From contig CAZRTJ010000007.1 of NCBI GenBank assembly GCA_964602985.1, forward strand, positions 15,094 through 79,093: 64,000 bases of DNA. The letters are read 5' to 3'. Below, in pieces: positions 48,394 through 58,065 of this stretch. The notes beneath the pieces were generated by a model. It made no database searches. It was not told the origin of the DNA and saw only the letters and a list, made by a program, of their open reading frames with translations. Source of the stretch: an uncultured Bacteroidota bacterium. GTDB taxonomy: Bacteria > CLD3 > SB21. Each line of letters begins with the position of its first letter. Within the stretch, counting starts at the first letter, position 1. The translations under genes were made by a program, and so were the position numbers.

Positions 48394-48901
48394 AAAACGA
48401 AATCCCTGGCTGCCGTACCTCGCCATTCTGGCGATTCTGCTGATTTGGTTTGTATACAATCAGTTCAGCGGGAAACAGTATGAAGTGCAAATCCTTCCTC
48501 TCTTTGACATCAAACCCGACAAGGTGACTCGCGTTGTGATTTCCAAAGATGGCGAACGAGTCACCCTTGTCCGCATGGACTCCACCTGGACTTTTGCCGA
48601 GCCGGACACGGGACGGCCGGCCGAATTCAGGATCGAACAATTCGAGAAAGATGTGCTCCGCGGTGAACGGGAAGGATCGATTACGTCCGATACAGCCGCG
48701 TACCGCTCATACGGAGTCGCGGACGATGCGATGCATTTGGAAATTTGGGCGGGTGACAATAAAGTGGGCGGGGTCCGGGTCGGGCGATCCGGAAAAGACT
48801 TCAGCTTGGAATATGTGCGATACGACGAGGATCCACATGTCTATCCAAGCCGTCAGCGAATGCTCAACAGAGTCGGATCGACCGCAGACTGGTGGCGATG
48901 A
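48386..48901 (+). CDS. DUF4340-like protein
   Basis: N-terminal TM; W...P...R, YG, VGRSG...YVR; typical position after GldG. Confidence 0.75.
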   Translation: MDKKRNPWLPYLAILAILLIWFVYNQFSGKQYEVQILPLFDIKPDKVTRVVISKDGERVTLVRMDSTWTFAEPDTGRPAEFRIEQFEKDVLRGEREGSITSDTAAYRSYGVADDAMHLEIWAGDNKVGGVRVGRSGKDFSLEYVRYDEDPHVYPSRQRMLNRVGSTADWWR

Positions 48902-49335
48902 AGAGATTCTGGTTTCCCTTTTCGATCGGCTGTTTCCTGATCGTACTCCTGATGGTATTCAATCTGCATCTGTTGTTGTACCCTGCGGTGACCACTGAGA
49001 AATTCGCAACGCTGTATCCGATAGTGTCCAGCCTTCTGCTGACCGCGGTGGTTGTCGTGACGAGTTGGGGAGATGTCGTAGCGTACAGGGCGTGGTCTCG
49101 CGGCGGTTCCCGCATCCTTCTACTGGGACCGGTTGCGGTGGCCGGTGTGTTCGTCGGGTTCGTCCACTTCGTGCAGGTTCCCTTGCAAACCGCGCGGGCT
49201 GTCGAGGCGGGCCTCTCTCTCAGTGTTCGACATGAACATCACACTTGGATCGTGTGGGCGGGGTCCGTCGCGGTCTGGGGGTTGACGTTCGTGGTCACTC
49301 GCGCAGGTGGGGGGCATTCCAAAAGAACTGCGTAA
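48898..49335 (+). CDS. Hypothetical membrane protein (about 4 TM)
   Basis: ATGA overlap with the DUF4340 gene; hydrophobic segments. Confidence 0.6.
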   Translation: MKRFWFPFSIGCFLIVLLMVFNLHLLLYPAVTTEKFATLYPIVSSLLLTAVVVVTSWGDVVAYRAWSRGGSRILLLGPVAVAGVFVGFVHFVQVPLQTARAVEAGLSLSVRHEHHTWIVWAGSVAVWGLTFVVTRAGGGHSKRTA

Positions 49336-50944
49336 CCCCGGCATTGGTGCCAAACCAAACGTAATCTCCATCCAGCGCAATACTTTGAATCTGGTCGCCC
49401 GCCAATCCATCCTGCGTGGAATAGAAGTACCATTTCTGCTTTTTCCGCAGATAACGGAGAAGCCCGGCATTCGTGCCGATCCATATGTTGTGTGGGTCGC
49501 ATTCCATCGCGTTCACTCCGGATTGGAGAAACTGGATGTTGACGTTCACAGACTCCCATTTCTGGGATTGTGGATCGTACGTCACCAGGCTCCTCTGCGA
49601 TGCAAAAAAGATCGTCCGTTCATCGGCGGCAATTCCACCGACCGTCGATGGGGTGAGCGTCCGTTCTCCGATTGAATTGCCAATCCCGTCGTAGTGAAAC
49701 CACTGGCCACGCCGCTCGTCGATGCAGTAAATCCCGTTGTCCGTTCCGAGCCAGATCGCATCATCTTTCAGGAGAATCTTCAGAATCGCGATATTCCGGA
49801 TGGCAGAAATCTCGACAGGGTGAATGATCCAGTCTTTCTCTCCCTGTGTCAGGACATTGAGACCGGAGGAAGTGCCGACAAAGATACGCGTCCCATCGGT
49901 GGCGAGGCTGAGGATCGCGTTATCGGACATTCCGGCATTGCGGCCGTACACGGTCCAGTTTTGCATGAACTTGTCTTTGCGAAGAAGGCCCTGGTCCGTT
50001 CCGGCCCACACGTTGGACGTATCGACCAGCATGCAGGTGACGGTTTCGACAACATTCAAAGGGATATACGTGAAGAGGTCTTTTTCCTGATTCCATGACG
50101 TGACCGCATGGCCGACGGGTGAAAGACTGCCAAACTGGCTTCGTCCACCAAACCACATCGTCTCGTCGCGAATCGCGATGGCGCGGACATCGCCAGAAGC
50201 CACGCCGTAGGGAAGCGGTCGGGCGGCCAGCGTCACTCCGTTCACCAGCCAGCCTCCTGCGCCGTAGGTGGCCACCCAGAAATTGCCCTGATTGTCGGTT
50301 GTGTACGACACAATCGGAAATTTTCGAAATTCCCGATCGACGATCGAGGAGGATGCCAATTCATAGAAATAACCGAATTCTTGTCGCGGCAGGAAGTGGG
50401 GAAGCTTCTGCCGACTGGCGAGTGCGCCCTGCCAACTGACACCGGGATCGGGCGACGCCGTTGCGCGAGACGGACTCAGAGCGGAAGTGGGAGATACATA
50501 GAATCCCTTGGTCGTTTGAATCCATGTTTGCGAAACATCAAACCCAATCGACAAGACGCGTTCATTCAGATCGATCCCGCTGGCCGCATACACGCTCTTC
50601 ATCATGACTTCGGCCTGTGGATTGTACAGATTGAACCCAAGCCGTGTGACAACCCACACCCAGCCGGTTCGCGGATCAACGGCGACCAAGCGAACTTCAT
50701 TGTCGAGAAGGCCGGAACTCGTCGTGAGGGGAAATGAATACTGATCCGATGTCCAGTTGTATCGAATCACTCCGCCGAGCGTGCCGATATACACATCGCT
50801 GTAACTGACGGCAATCGATGTGGCCAGCTGCGTTTCACCGATCGTGATCCAGTCTCCTGGACGGTAATTCAACTGAAAATGCATGCGATCGCCCTGCGCC
50901 TGCACAGCGCACGCCGTCAGTAGGATCGCGAGGAGTCGTTTCAT
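49295..50944 (-). CDS. Exported beta-propeller protein (two-component-regulator-propeller-like repeats)
   Basis: Signal peptide; repeated W-(I/V)-G-T-x-x-G-(L/V) blades with GLxxNxV/I linkers. Confidence 0.8.
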   Translation of the reverse strand: MKRLLAILLTACAVQAQGDRMHFQLNYRPGDWITIGETQLATSIAVSYSDVYIGTLGGVIRYNWTSDQYSFPLTTSSGLLDNEVRLVAVDPRTGWVWVVTRLGFNLYNPQAEVMMKSVYAASGIDLNERVLSIGFDVSQTWIQTTKGFYVSPTSALSPSRATASPDPGVSWQGALASRQKLPHFLPRQEFGYFYELASSSIVDREFRKFPIVSYTTDNQGNFWVATYGAGGWLVNGVTLAARPLPYGVASGDVRAIAIRDETMWFGGRSQFGSLSPVGHAVTSWNQEKDLFTYIPLNVVETVTCMLVDTSNVWAGTDQGLLRKDKFMQNWTVYGRNAGMSDNAILSLATDGTRIFVGTSSGLNVLTQGEKDWIIHPVEISAIRNIAILKILLKDDAIWLGTDNGIYCIDERRGQWFHYDGIGNSIGERTLTPSTVGGIAADERTIFFASQRSLVTYDPQSQKWESVNVNIQFLQSGVNAMECDPHNIWIGTNAGLLRYLRKKQKWYFYSTQDGLAGDQIQSIALDGDYVWFGTNAGVTQFFWNAPHLRE

Positions 50945-52140
50945 AAAATCTTTCGGATTCGCTCGTCGGCGTCACGAAGACAGTCGGCGGAGGTCTTCTT
51001 CCCGTACAGCGCTTGTTCAACTTCGTCTTCGAGAATTCGCTCGATCGCCTGCCACTGAGGATGAAGCGGGGACGGCCTGGCATGCCGCAGTTGCTCCAGC
51101 AACACTCGATCGCCTGGATGTTCCACAAAAAAAGAATCCGCCGCCGCGGACCGATCCGACGGCACCGTCACGCGCGACAGCACAGACAGGCGCATTGCGC
51201 GATCCTTGCCAAGCAGGAAGCGGATGAACTCTTGCGCCACTGCGGATCGTTCGGATTGGGCATTCACGGCGAGATACTGGCCTCCGAAAAAACTGATGCC
51301 GCGGTCCTGTTCAGATTCTCCGGGGAAAGAAATCACCGCATAGTCCAGAGACGGATTTTGCAATTCGATTTTTCGCAGCAACCACCCACCGGATATGACC
51401 ACACCGATACGGCCCTCTGTAAATCGCTCATCCAGAATTTTCTGACTTTCGAGCAATCCATGTTTGCAGAGTTCCAGATAGAAATTCAATGCGCGAAGAT
51501 TGGCTTCACTCTGCACCGACACGGCGCCGGACGAATCCACCACGTCGCCTCCTGCCGTCCAGAAGAACGGCAGAAATTTCTTATACAGCTGATGCGGTTC
51601 TCTCTTCGTACTGCCAAATCCGTATCGCTCCTGCTCCGGACGATGTGCCGACTGTACGGCGCGGAGTAATTGCGGCCATGTGCGAATCGAATCTGCGTCG
51701 GGAACGAGCCGGCGATTGACAAACAAGGCCCGGGTACCCAGAAGCCACGGATACGCATACCGGCGTCCGTTCAGCGTGGACAATGCCCACCCGTCATGTG
51801 AGGCGAGCAGGTCGTCGGTTTCTTGGGTGACATCGCGCAGTACGGAACGCGACGCGAATTCGTAAATCCAGTCCGAACCCAGCTCGACGACATCCGGCGC
51901 GCGACTCGCCGCGAAAGCGGTTGCGATCTTGTCATGTCCGCTCTGCCATGTAAGTTCGCTCGCCTCGATGGTCACTCCCTTGTGTTGAGACTCGAATTCC
52001 CGGATCAGTTCCTGCACAACGGGTTTCTGATACGGCTCTGCCCAAAAATGCCACCAACGGAGCGTCTGTGCTTCCTGAGGGCGGCCGCATGACAACGCGA
52101 GCAGGAACAGGGAAAGGAGTCTATTTGGAAAGGTCTTCAA
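50941..52140 (-). CDS. Extracellular solute-binding lipoprotein (carbohydrate family 1)
   Basis: Lipobox LALSC; WWHFW, FE..H.G, PDVVELGS, YAYPW; start inferred at TTG 52140. Confidence 0.88.
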   Translation of the reverse strand: MKTFPNRLLSLFLLALSCGRPQEAQTLRWWHFWAEPYQKPVVQELIREFESQHKGVTIEASELTWQSGHDKIATAFAASRAPDVVELGSDWIYEFASRSVLRDVTQETDDLLASHDGWALSTLNGRRYAYPWLLGTRALFVNRRLVPDADSIRTWPQLLRAVQSAHRPEQERYGFGSTKREPHQLYKKFLPFFWTAGGDVVDSSGAVSVQSEANLRALNFYLELCKHGLLESQKILDERFTEGRIGVVISGGWLLRKIELQNPSLDYAVISFPGESEQDRGISFFGGQYLAVNAQSERSAVAQEFIRFLLGKDRAMRLSVLSRVTVPSDRSAAADSFFVEHPGDRVLLEQLRHARPSPLHPQWQAIERILEDEVEQALYGKKTSADCLRDADERIRKIL

Positions 52141-53506
52141 TAGTCTGGCCCACCCGGAAGCACAGGCTCTCGTCAAAGAAATTACCGATGACTTGAATTC
52201 CAATGGGCATCTTGTCTGAGTCAACGCCGACGGGCACGGACAGGGCCGGCACTCCCGCGATGTTGATGTTCACGGTGTAGACATCCGAAAGATACATGGC
52301 CAGTGGATCGGCGACCTTCTCGCCGAGGCGGAAGGCGACAGTGGGGGACGTGGGCGCGACGATGCAGTCGACCGCCGGATCGCCCGTGAAGGCATTGACA
52401 AAATCTCGCTTGATCAGCGTGCGGACCTTTTGCGCCCGTCGATAGTAGGCATCGTAATATCCAGCGCTCAGAACATATGTGCCGAGCATGATTCGCCGCT
52501 TCACCTCGGAGCCAAATGCTTCCGAACGCGATTCGACGAAAAGCTCTTTCGCGCTGTCGGACTTCTTCGCGCGGTGTGTGTATCGAACACCGTCATATCG
52601 GGCCAGGTTTGAAGACGCTTCGGCCGTGACGAGGATGTAATAGGTCGCAATTCCGTATTCGGTGTGCGGCAATGAAATGTCGCAAATCTCCGCTCCTTGA
52701 GCAGCCAGACCTCGTATGGTTTGTTCAATCGCCTTCTGAACGGCGGGTTCCATGCCCGAACCGAAATATTCCTTTGGAACGCCGATCCGAAGACCCCTGA
52801 CGCCGCCGCCGCAGAAATTTACATAAGTCGGCACCGCTACCGGTGCGGTCGTACTGTCGCGCGGGTCCTGACCCGCGATGACCGAGGTGATGGCGGCCGT
52901 TTCTCGGACCGTTTTCGCCATAGGGCCGATTTGATCAAACGACGACGCGAATGCGGCCAAACCATATCGGGAGACACGACCGTACGTCGGTTTCAATCCG
53001 ACGACGCCGCAAAATGAAGCGGGGAGGCGAACCGATCCGCCCGTTTCCGAGCCAAGCGAACCGTTACACATTCCCGCGGCGACTGCGACAGCGCTTCCGC
53101 CGCTGGAGCCACCGGCGACCCGCTCGGGATCGATCGGATTCCGGGCCGGACCGTAGGCGGAGTTCTCATTGCTGGAGCCCATCGCGAATTCGTCCAGGTT
53201 GGTCTTTCCGATGATCAGGGCATCGGCCGCGCGCAGCCGTTCAATGACCGTCGCAGAATAGGGGCTGATGTAATTTTCGAGAATCTTCGACCCGGCCGTC
53301 ATGCGCACGTCGGCAACGCAGATGGCGTCTTTGATGCCCATGATGACGCCGGACAAACGGCCGGCATTGCCATCGTGGGCCTTCTGGTCAATGGCGTCCG
53401 CCTCACGGCGCAACGTGTCTGCGTCGCGAACGGTCAGAAAGGCATTCAGATTCTGTTTCTGGGAAATAGCGGCGAGGCAAGCCTCAAGATTCTTGCGGCA
53501 GGACAT
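52121..53506 (-). CDS. gatA: Asp/Glu-tRNA amidotransferase subunit A
   Basis: IKD, GKTNLDEFAMGSS.E.S, GGSSGGSA, GSETGGSVR, KPTYGRVSRYG, EVKRRIMLG. Confidence 0.97.
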   Translation of the reverse strand: MSCRKNLEACLAAISQKQNLNAFLTVRDADTLRREADAIDQKAHDGNAGRLSGVIMGIKDAICVADVRMTAGSKILENYISPYSATVIERLRAADALIIGKTNLDEFAMGSSNENSAYGPARNPIDPERVAGGSSGGSAVAVAAGMCNGSLGSETGGSVRLPASFCGVVGLKPTYGRVSRYGLAAFASSFDQIGPMAKTVRETAAITSVIAGQDPRDSTTAPVAVPTYVNFCGGGVRGLRIGVPKEYFGSGMEPAVQKAIEQTIRGLAAQGAEICDISLPHTEYGIATYYILVTAEASSNLARYDGVRYTHRAKKSDSAKELFVESRSEAFGSEVKRRIMLGTYVLSAGYYDAYYRRAQKVRTLIKRDFVNAFTGDPAVDCIVAPTSPTVAFRLGEKVADPLAMYLSDVYTVNINIAGVPALSVPVGVDSDKMPIGIQVIGNFFDESLCFRVGQTIEDLSK

Positions 53507-53516
53507 TCGACAGAGG

Positions 53517-53699
53517 CTACTTCTTGTCCGAGCCTTCGGTCAATCCCTTTTTGATTTCGTCTTCCGTGTCACGCATGGCGCGTTTGAATTCGCGAATTCC
53601 TTTTCCCAATCCCTGGGCGAATTCGGGAATCTTCTTTGCGCCGAAGAGTATCAGCACCGCGACACTGATGACGATGATTTCCGGCATTCCGAGATTCAT
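53517..53699 (-). CDS. tatA: Twin-arginine translocase subunit TatA/E
   Basis: MNLGMPEIIVI..LILFGAKKIPEFAQGLGKGIREFK; GGAGG RBS; real start 53699. Confidence 0.95.
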   Translation of the reverse strand: MNLGMPEIIVISVAVLILFGAKKIPEFAQGLGKGIREFKRAMRDTEDEIKKGLTEGSDKK

Positions 53700-53741
53700 G
53701 TTTCCTCCATGGTAACCGCATCTTGTCGATGCGGGATAGTG

Positions 53742-53812
53742 CTGGAACGCAGGGATTCGAACCCCGATTAATGGATCCAGAGTCCACTGTCCTACCGTTG
53801 GACGACGTTCCA
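53742..53812 (-). tRNA. tRNA-Gln (anticodon CTG)
   Basis: TGGAACG-TC-GTCCAACGGTAGGAC-A-GTGGA-CTCTGGA-TCCAT...GGGTTCGAATCCC-TG-CGTTCCA-G; U1:A72 as in Gln tRNAs; CCA not encoded. Confidence 0.96.
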
Positions 53813-53863
53813 ATGACGATGGGTAGATAAAGAAATTTTGCGTTTCATGCAACATTGAAATGG

Positions 53864-54081
53864 CCCCCAACCCCTCCCATCTCCCTTCCCTTACGCACAT
53901 GGAAATCTCGGGTAGGTCAAATCCGAGTCGCGCAACCCCTCCCATCTCCCTCCCTTACGCGCACCGAATCAGGCGATACGTAAAATCTGACTCGCGTAAG
54001 GGGAGGGCAGGGTGGGGTTATATCCGCCTCACGCACATATGATTGCTTGGCGCAAGATCAACATCGCGTAAAGGGGACGGC
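53864..54081. repeat. Palindromic (REP-like) repeat cluster 1
   Basis: Left arms AACCCCTCCCATCTCCCT(T)CCCTTACGC at 53869 and 53934, right arm CGCGTAAGGGGAGGGCAGGGTGGGGTT at ~53993-54019, conserved tail. Confidence 0.9.
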
Positions 54082-54263
54082 AACGTCGGATTGGGTGGGT
54101 TAGGTTGCACGGACAAGGCTTGCGCATCCCGCTATCGAGTAGCGGCAACCTTCGATTCAAATCCTGTCTTCTTATGCGAACCGTCGCAAAAAGGCTTGTT
54201 CTCGCTGCGTCCAAGGGGCCCGTTGTACTCACAGTCAATTTCATGTCCGGTATCGCCGGCCCC

Positions 54264-54617
54264 TCAGTGGTGAATTGTAATGGAATCGCGCGTCAATTCG
54301 ACCACATGGCTCGTTTTTAGAGCGTCCGTCACTGCCCTAAGGTGGTCCGAGAAAATCTGCATCAGCTGACTGTTCCGTATATTGCCTGTCGTCACAAGAA
54401 GAAGCTTGTAGGGCTGTCGGTGAAGAAGGAATGTGTCCAAGAAATCGTGGTCCTTCGTAATAACGACTCTCCGTTGTTGCATTGACAATCTTATGATCCG
54501 GGCGTCAGTCGTCAAATTCTTCTGAGGTAGCTCAAGCGTATGGATTGCATCATGTGCCTCCTCCCTAAGGAACTCGGCAAGCCGCAAGGGAAGTTGAGCA
54601 TCAACCACAAACTTCAT
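54264..54617 (-). CDS. DUF5615 PIN-like toxin (VapC45-like)
   Basis: MKFVVDAQLP..LA..L, HDA.H, D..I, RVVITKDHDF. Confidence 0.9.
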   Translation of the reverse strand: MKFVVDAQLPLRLAEFLREEAHDAIHTLELPQKNLTTDARIIRLSMQQRRVVITKDHDFLDTFLLHRQPYKLLLVTTGNIRNSQLMQIFSDHLRAVTDALKTSHVVELTRDSITIHH

Positions 54618-54856
54618 GAAACAAGCCTATGCACCGTCTTCACACGAGTGAGACTTGAAGCATAGGACAAGGCGGCCAGGATGTCTTGTCTGTCGAGGTC
54701 AGGATAATCATTGAGAATCTCGTCAATGGTCATCCCGGAACTGAGCAGTTCGAGGATATTCTCGACCGGATATCGCAGGTTGCGAATAGTTGGCTTGCCG
54801 TGGCAAACGTCAGAATTGATTGTGATTCTATTCAGTAAATTTCTTTTCTTGGCCAT
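54614..54856 (-). CDS. DUF433 antitoxin (VapB45-like)
   Basis: RITINSDVCHGKPTIRNLRYPVENILELLSSG.T..EIL.DYP.L...DI.AAL.YA; GGAGG RBS; start 54856; ATGA overlap with the toxin gene. Confidence 0.93.
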   Translation of the reverse strand: MAKKRNLLNRITINSDVCHGKPTIRNLRYPVENILELLSSGMTIDEILNDYPDLDRQDILAALSYASSLTRVKTVHRLVS

Positions 54857-54921
54857 ATCAAACCTCCACATGCAACATAAGGAAGTGAACGGACAAAGAC
54901 AAAAGACCGTTTTTTTGGTCC

Positions 54922-55515
54922 AACCCCTCCCATCTCCCTCCCTTACGCGCATGGAAATGTCGGGTAGGTAGAATCTGAGTCGCGTAACCCCTCCCATCTC
55001 CCTTCCCTTACGCACATGGAAATGTCGGGTAGGTAGAATCTGAGTTGCGTAACCCCTCCCATCTCCCTCCCCTTACGCGCATGGAAATGTCGGTCAGGCA
55101 GAATCCGAGTCGCGTCAACCCTCCCATCTCCCTCCCCTTACGCGCACCGAATCAGGCGATACGTAAAATCTGACTCGCGTAAGGGGAGGGCAGGGTGGGG
55201 TTATATCCGCCTCACGCACACCTATGATTGCTTGGCGCAAGATCAACATCGCGTAAAGGGGACGGCGGTGCGATGTTGCGCGGCCGGTGCATTCGACAAG
55301 GAACGAACATTCGTTCCTCTACACTGTCCTTGAGCTTTTGCCTTTACGGATGACATGTCTGCGTCAACCCTCCATCTCCCTCCCCTTACGCGCATGGAAA
55401 TGTCGGTCAGGCAGAATCTGAGTTGCGTAACCCCTCCCATCTCCCTCCCCTTACGCGCACCGAATCAGGCGATACGTAAAATCTGACTCGCGTAAGGGGA
55501 GGGCGGGGTGGGGTT
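54922..55515. repeat. Palindromic repeat cluster 2 (three tandem ~65-nt half units, full hairpin, spacer, half unit, full hairpin)
   Basis: Left arms at 54922, 54986, 55051, 55117, 55366, 55429; right arms ending 55202 and 55515. Confidence 0.92.
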
Positions 55516-55532
55516 GGCAGATCAACTCGTGG

Positions 55533-55565
55533 AAAAATAAAAAACCCCGACCGAAGTCGGGGTTT
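55533..55565 (-). terminator. Rho-independent terminator of the Ig-like lipoprotein gene
   Basis: Minus strand AAACCCCGAC-TTCG-GTCGGGG-TTTTTTATTTTT; C(UUCG)G tetraloop; 21 nt after the stop. Confidence 0.92.
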
Positions 55566-55586
55566 AATGGCAGAAGAAAAACTAGA

Positions 55587-57470
55587 TTAGAACGTAAGCG
55601 TGTCGCCATTCGGATCGATACCGTTACCGGCCAAATCCGTCAAACCATTTCCAATATCCAGAACATCGCCACCGTCGATTGAACCGTCTGTGACGGTCAG
55701 CCGGACTACGTACTGGTTCGTGAAAATTCCAACGCTGGTATAACCGTAGTACACTGCCCCCGAAATGACCGTCGCAACTCCGCCGCCGGCATTATCGATG
55801 CTGTAGTTACCAATGGTTTCGGCATCGGCTTCATCGATGGGCTCGCTGAACGCGACGTACACGTAATCACCGTTTCCGGCAAGAACATCACCCTCTGTAT
55901 TAAGGTCCCAAGTTCCATCGAGAACGGGCTCGACAGCATCGTCCACTGTGATCGTGTTGCTTGCGGCTCCGACGACCAGATTCACGCTGACCGCACGAAC
56001 CTGATAGGAAACATCCAGCGCGCGACGTGGGTCGTTACCGCCCGTATGCAGTGCGCCTGTGTTGTCCGTGTAGTAAGTCTCAGTAGTACGGTCGATTTCG
56101 TCAAACGCCGTCTCACCAGCGGCTCGTCGGTAAATGATGAATTCTTTGACCGCGATCGAGCTCTCGTCGATCGTCCACTCGAGAGTTACGTTACCGCCAG
56201 TATAATCGAGATCGACTGACGTCGGATCTTTCGATACGACTGGAGCGGCCGGCGCAGTCGCCGAGCCCTGGGTCGTGAAGTCGAGGGCCTCGAAGTCACC
56301 CGTGATATCAGCATTGTCCACGGTACCATTCCCAGCTCCGTCCGTGAAATTGCTGATCGCGGATGAGAGATCGAAGGTGTAATCCGCATTCGGAGCAAGA
56401 GCCGTTCCGGGTGTGAAGGTCAGAGTAGTATTTCCGTTGGACCAGGCGGCGGTAAAACCAATCTCGGCAAAGGACTTCTTCAGACCATTGTAGGTAAAAG
56501 AAATATCGTCGAGGAAGGTGTTATTGCCGATCGGGAGAGCCGTATTGGTATACGCATTCTGTTTGATTGGCTCACTGAAGGTAAACACAATCGCCGTTGC
56601 GGTGGCGACGTCAGCGTCGTTTTCCGGAGTGATCGACGTCACGAAGGGCTCAGTATTGTCGCGATTCGACAATGCCAACCGCTCGGCCGAGACCTGAGTC
56701 AGCAGCATCGGATCCTGCCCGCAAGTAAGGCTCACGGAGATGTTATCCGTGAAGATTTTCGTCGCATCCCATGCTTCGATCGTCAAACCGCTGCGGCCGT
56801 TTTCGACGTTCGTGAACGTGTAGTTGCCGTTTGCGTCTGTCGTCGTCGACTTGACCACATACGTGTTACCGATGCCGTTGCTGTGCTTCAGGAGAACTGT
56901 AGCACCAGCCGCAGCCGCGTATGTTTGTCCGTCCACAACCTGACCCATGATGGTCGTATTCAAGGCGCCGACTTCGATGTCCGTCATGCTGGACACGATT
57001 CCATCAACCGGCGTGTCCGCACCAGAGCCAGACTCGCCGTCTGTGCCAGCGCTGTTATCCCCGTCATTGAGATCGGCAAAATACACTTCGACGTAGTCCT
57101 CGTAAATGTCCGGGTACTTCAGCGAATCCGGCTTATTCTTGTTATAATCCCGGAAGTCCATCAGAACCTCATATCCATCCCAGTACGTCCAATCGCCGTT
57201 GCTGTAAGTGGCTTCACTGGTGACGGGCACATCACGGAATACGAATTCACCGTTTGAATTCGTCGTGACCTCGGACTTGCCAGCCAGGTTGACCTTCACG
57301 CCCGCAATAGGGTGTCCGGAACAGCGATCGAGCACGCGGCCCAGAACCGTTCCCAGGAAATTCTTCGTTGACGGATTCACGCTGGCGATGTCTTTGTTGA
57401 CATCGTCGCAACCCAGGCCGCCCACGAAGAGGCTCAGCGCAACCAGCGCCAAGAACTTGACGTTCTTCAT
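55587..57470 (-). CDS. Large acidic surface lipoprotein with carboxypeptidase-regulatory-like and Ig-like (Big) domains
   Basis: Lipobox GLGC; GRVLD..SGHPIAGVKV..TNSNGEF.F and GQVVDG..TTTDANGNYTF; DNTEPFVTSITP..I.FTFSEPI and VAFSEPID..TDLAGN (Big_5-like); D/T/N/G-rich; GAGGAGG RBS. Confidence 0.85.
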   Translation of the reverse strand: MKNVKFLALVALSLFVGGLGCDDVNKDIASVNPSTKNFLGTVLGRVLDRCSGHPIAGVKVNLAGKSEVTTNSNGEFVFRDVPVTSEATYSNGDWTYWDGYEVLMDFRDYNKNKPDSLKYPDIYEDYVEVYFADLNDGDNSAGTDGESGSGADTPVDGIVSSMTDIEVGALNTTIMGQVVDGQTYAAAAGATVLLKHSNGIGNTYVVKSTTTDANGNYTFTNVENGRSGLTIEAWDATKIFTDNISVSLTCGQDPMLLTQVSAERLALSNRDNTEPFVTSITPENDADVATATAIVFTFSEPIKQNAYTNTALPIGNNTFLDDISFTYNGLKKSFAEIGFTAAWSNGNTTLTFTPGTALAPNADYTFDLSSAISNFTDGAGNGTVDNADITGDFEALDFTTQGSATAPAAPVVSKDPTSVDLDYTGGNVTLEWTIDESSIAVKEFIIYRRAAGETAFDEIDRTTETYYTDNTGALHTGGNDPRRALDVSYQVRAVSVNLVVGAASNTITVDDAVEPVLDGTWDLNTEGDVLAGNGDYVYVAFSEPIDEADAETIGNYSIDNAGGGVATVISGAVYYGYTSVGIFTNQYVVRLTVTDGSIDGGDVLDIGNGLTDLAGNGIDPNGDTLTF

Positions 57471-57638
57471 CGTAACCTCCTCTAAGTTAAAGGGTAATGT
57501 TTAGGGAAAATATTCACGACAGAGAGTAGAAACAGAATTTTTAAATCAAGTAGTAACAATTACTTAATTTGCCTCACCGTTGTTGGTTTCGTATACGTTT
57601 CATAATGCGACGAACCAGTTCGCATTGTAGGGCACGGG

Positions 57639-57667
57639 AGAATAAGCAAAAGTCGACGCCATGTCAA
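57639..57667 (-). promoter_or_regulatory. Putative sigma70 promoter of the Ig-like lipoprotein gene
   Basis: Minus strand TTGACA (57667-62), 17 nt, TATTCT (57644-39); followed by a ~160-nt AT-rich leader. Confidence 0.65.
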
Positions 57668-57707
57668 GCCCATGTTCTTTTTTTCTTAGGTTTATTACTG
57701 GACCCAC

Positions 57708-58048
57708 AACCCCTCCCATATCCCTCCCCTTACGCACTTGAAAGGTCAGGGACATAAAATCCGAGTTGCGTAAGGGGAAGGTCGGGGTGGGGTTGCGTCC
57801 GCTTACGCACATCGATGATTGCTTGGCGCAAGATCAACATCGCACAAAGGGGATGGCAGCGCGGTGTTGCGGCGCTGGCGCATTCACAAAGAGCGATCAT
57901 TCGTGCCTCCGGAGTTACAGCGTCCTTGGGCTTTCGCGTTTACGGATGACATGTCTGCATCAACCCCTCCCATATCCCTCCCCTTACGCGCACCGAATCA
58001 GGCGATACGTAAAATCTGACTCGCGTAAGGGGAGGGCAGGGTGGGGTT
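57708..58048. repeat. Palindromic repeat cluster 3 (hairpin-tail-spacer-hairpin, homologous to 55117-55515)
   Basis: Left arms at 57708 and 57962; shared tail GATTGCTTGGCGCAAGATCAACATCGC and TTTACGGATGACATGTCTGC. Confidence 0.9.
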
Positions 58049-58065
58049 GGCAGATCAACGCGGGG

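Noticed and set aside
54922-55116. Tandem ~65-nt units resembling a CRISPR repeat-spacer array
   Set aside because: The would-be spacers are near-identical to each other, the units are truncated halves of the larger hairpin, and no cas genes or leader are present.
57471-57632. Riboswitch in the long leader of the lipoprotein gene
   Set aside because: No match to riboswitch consensus motifs I can recognise; only one short hairpin.
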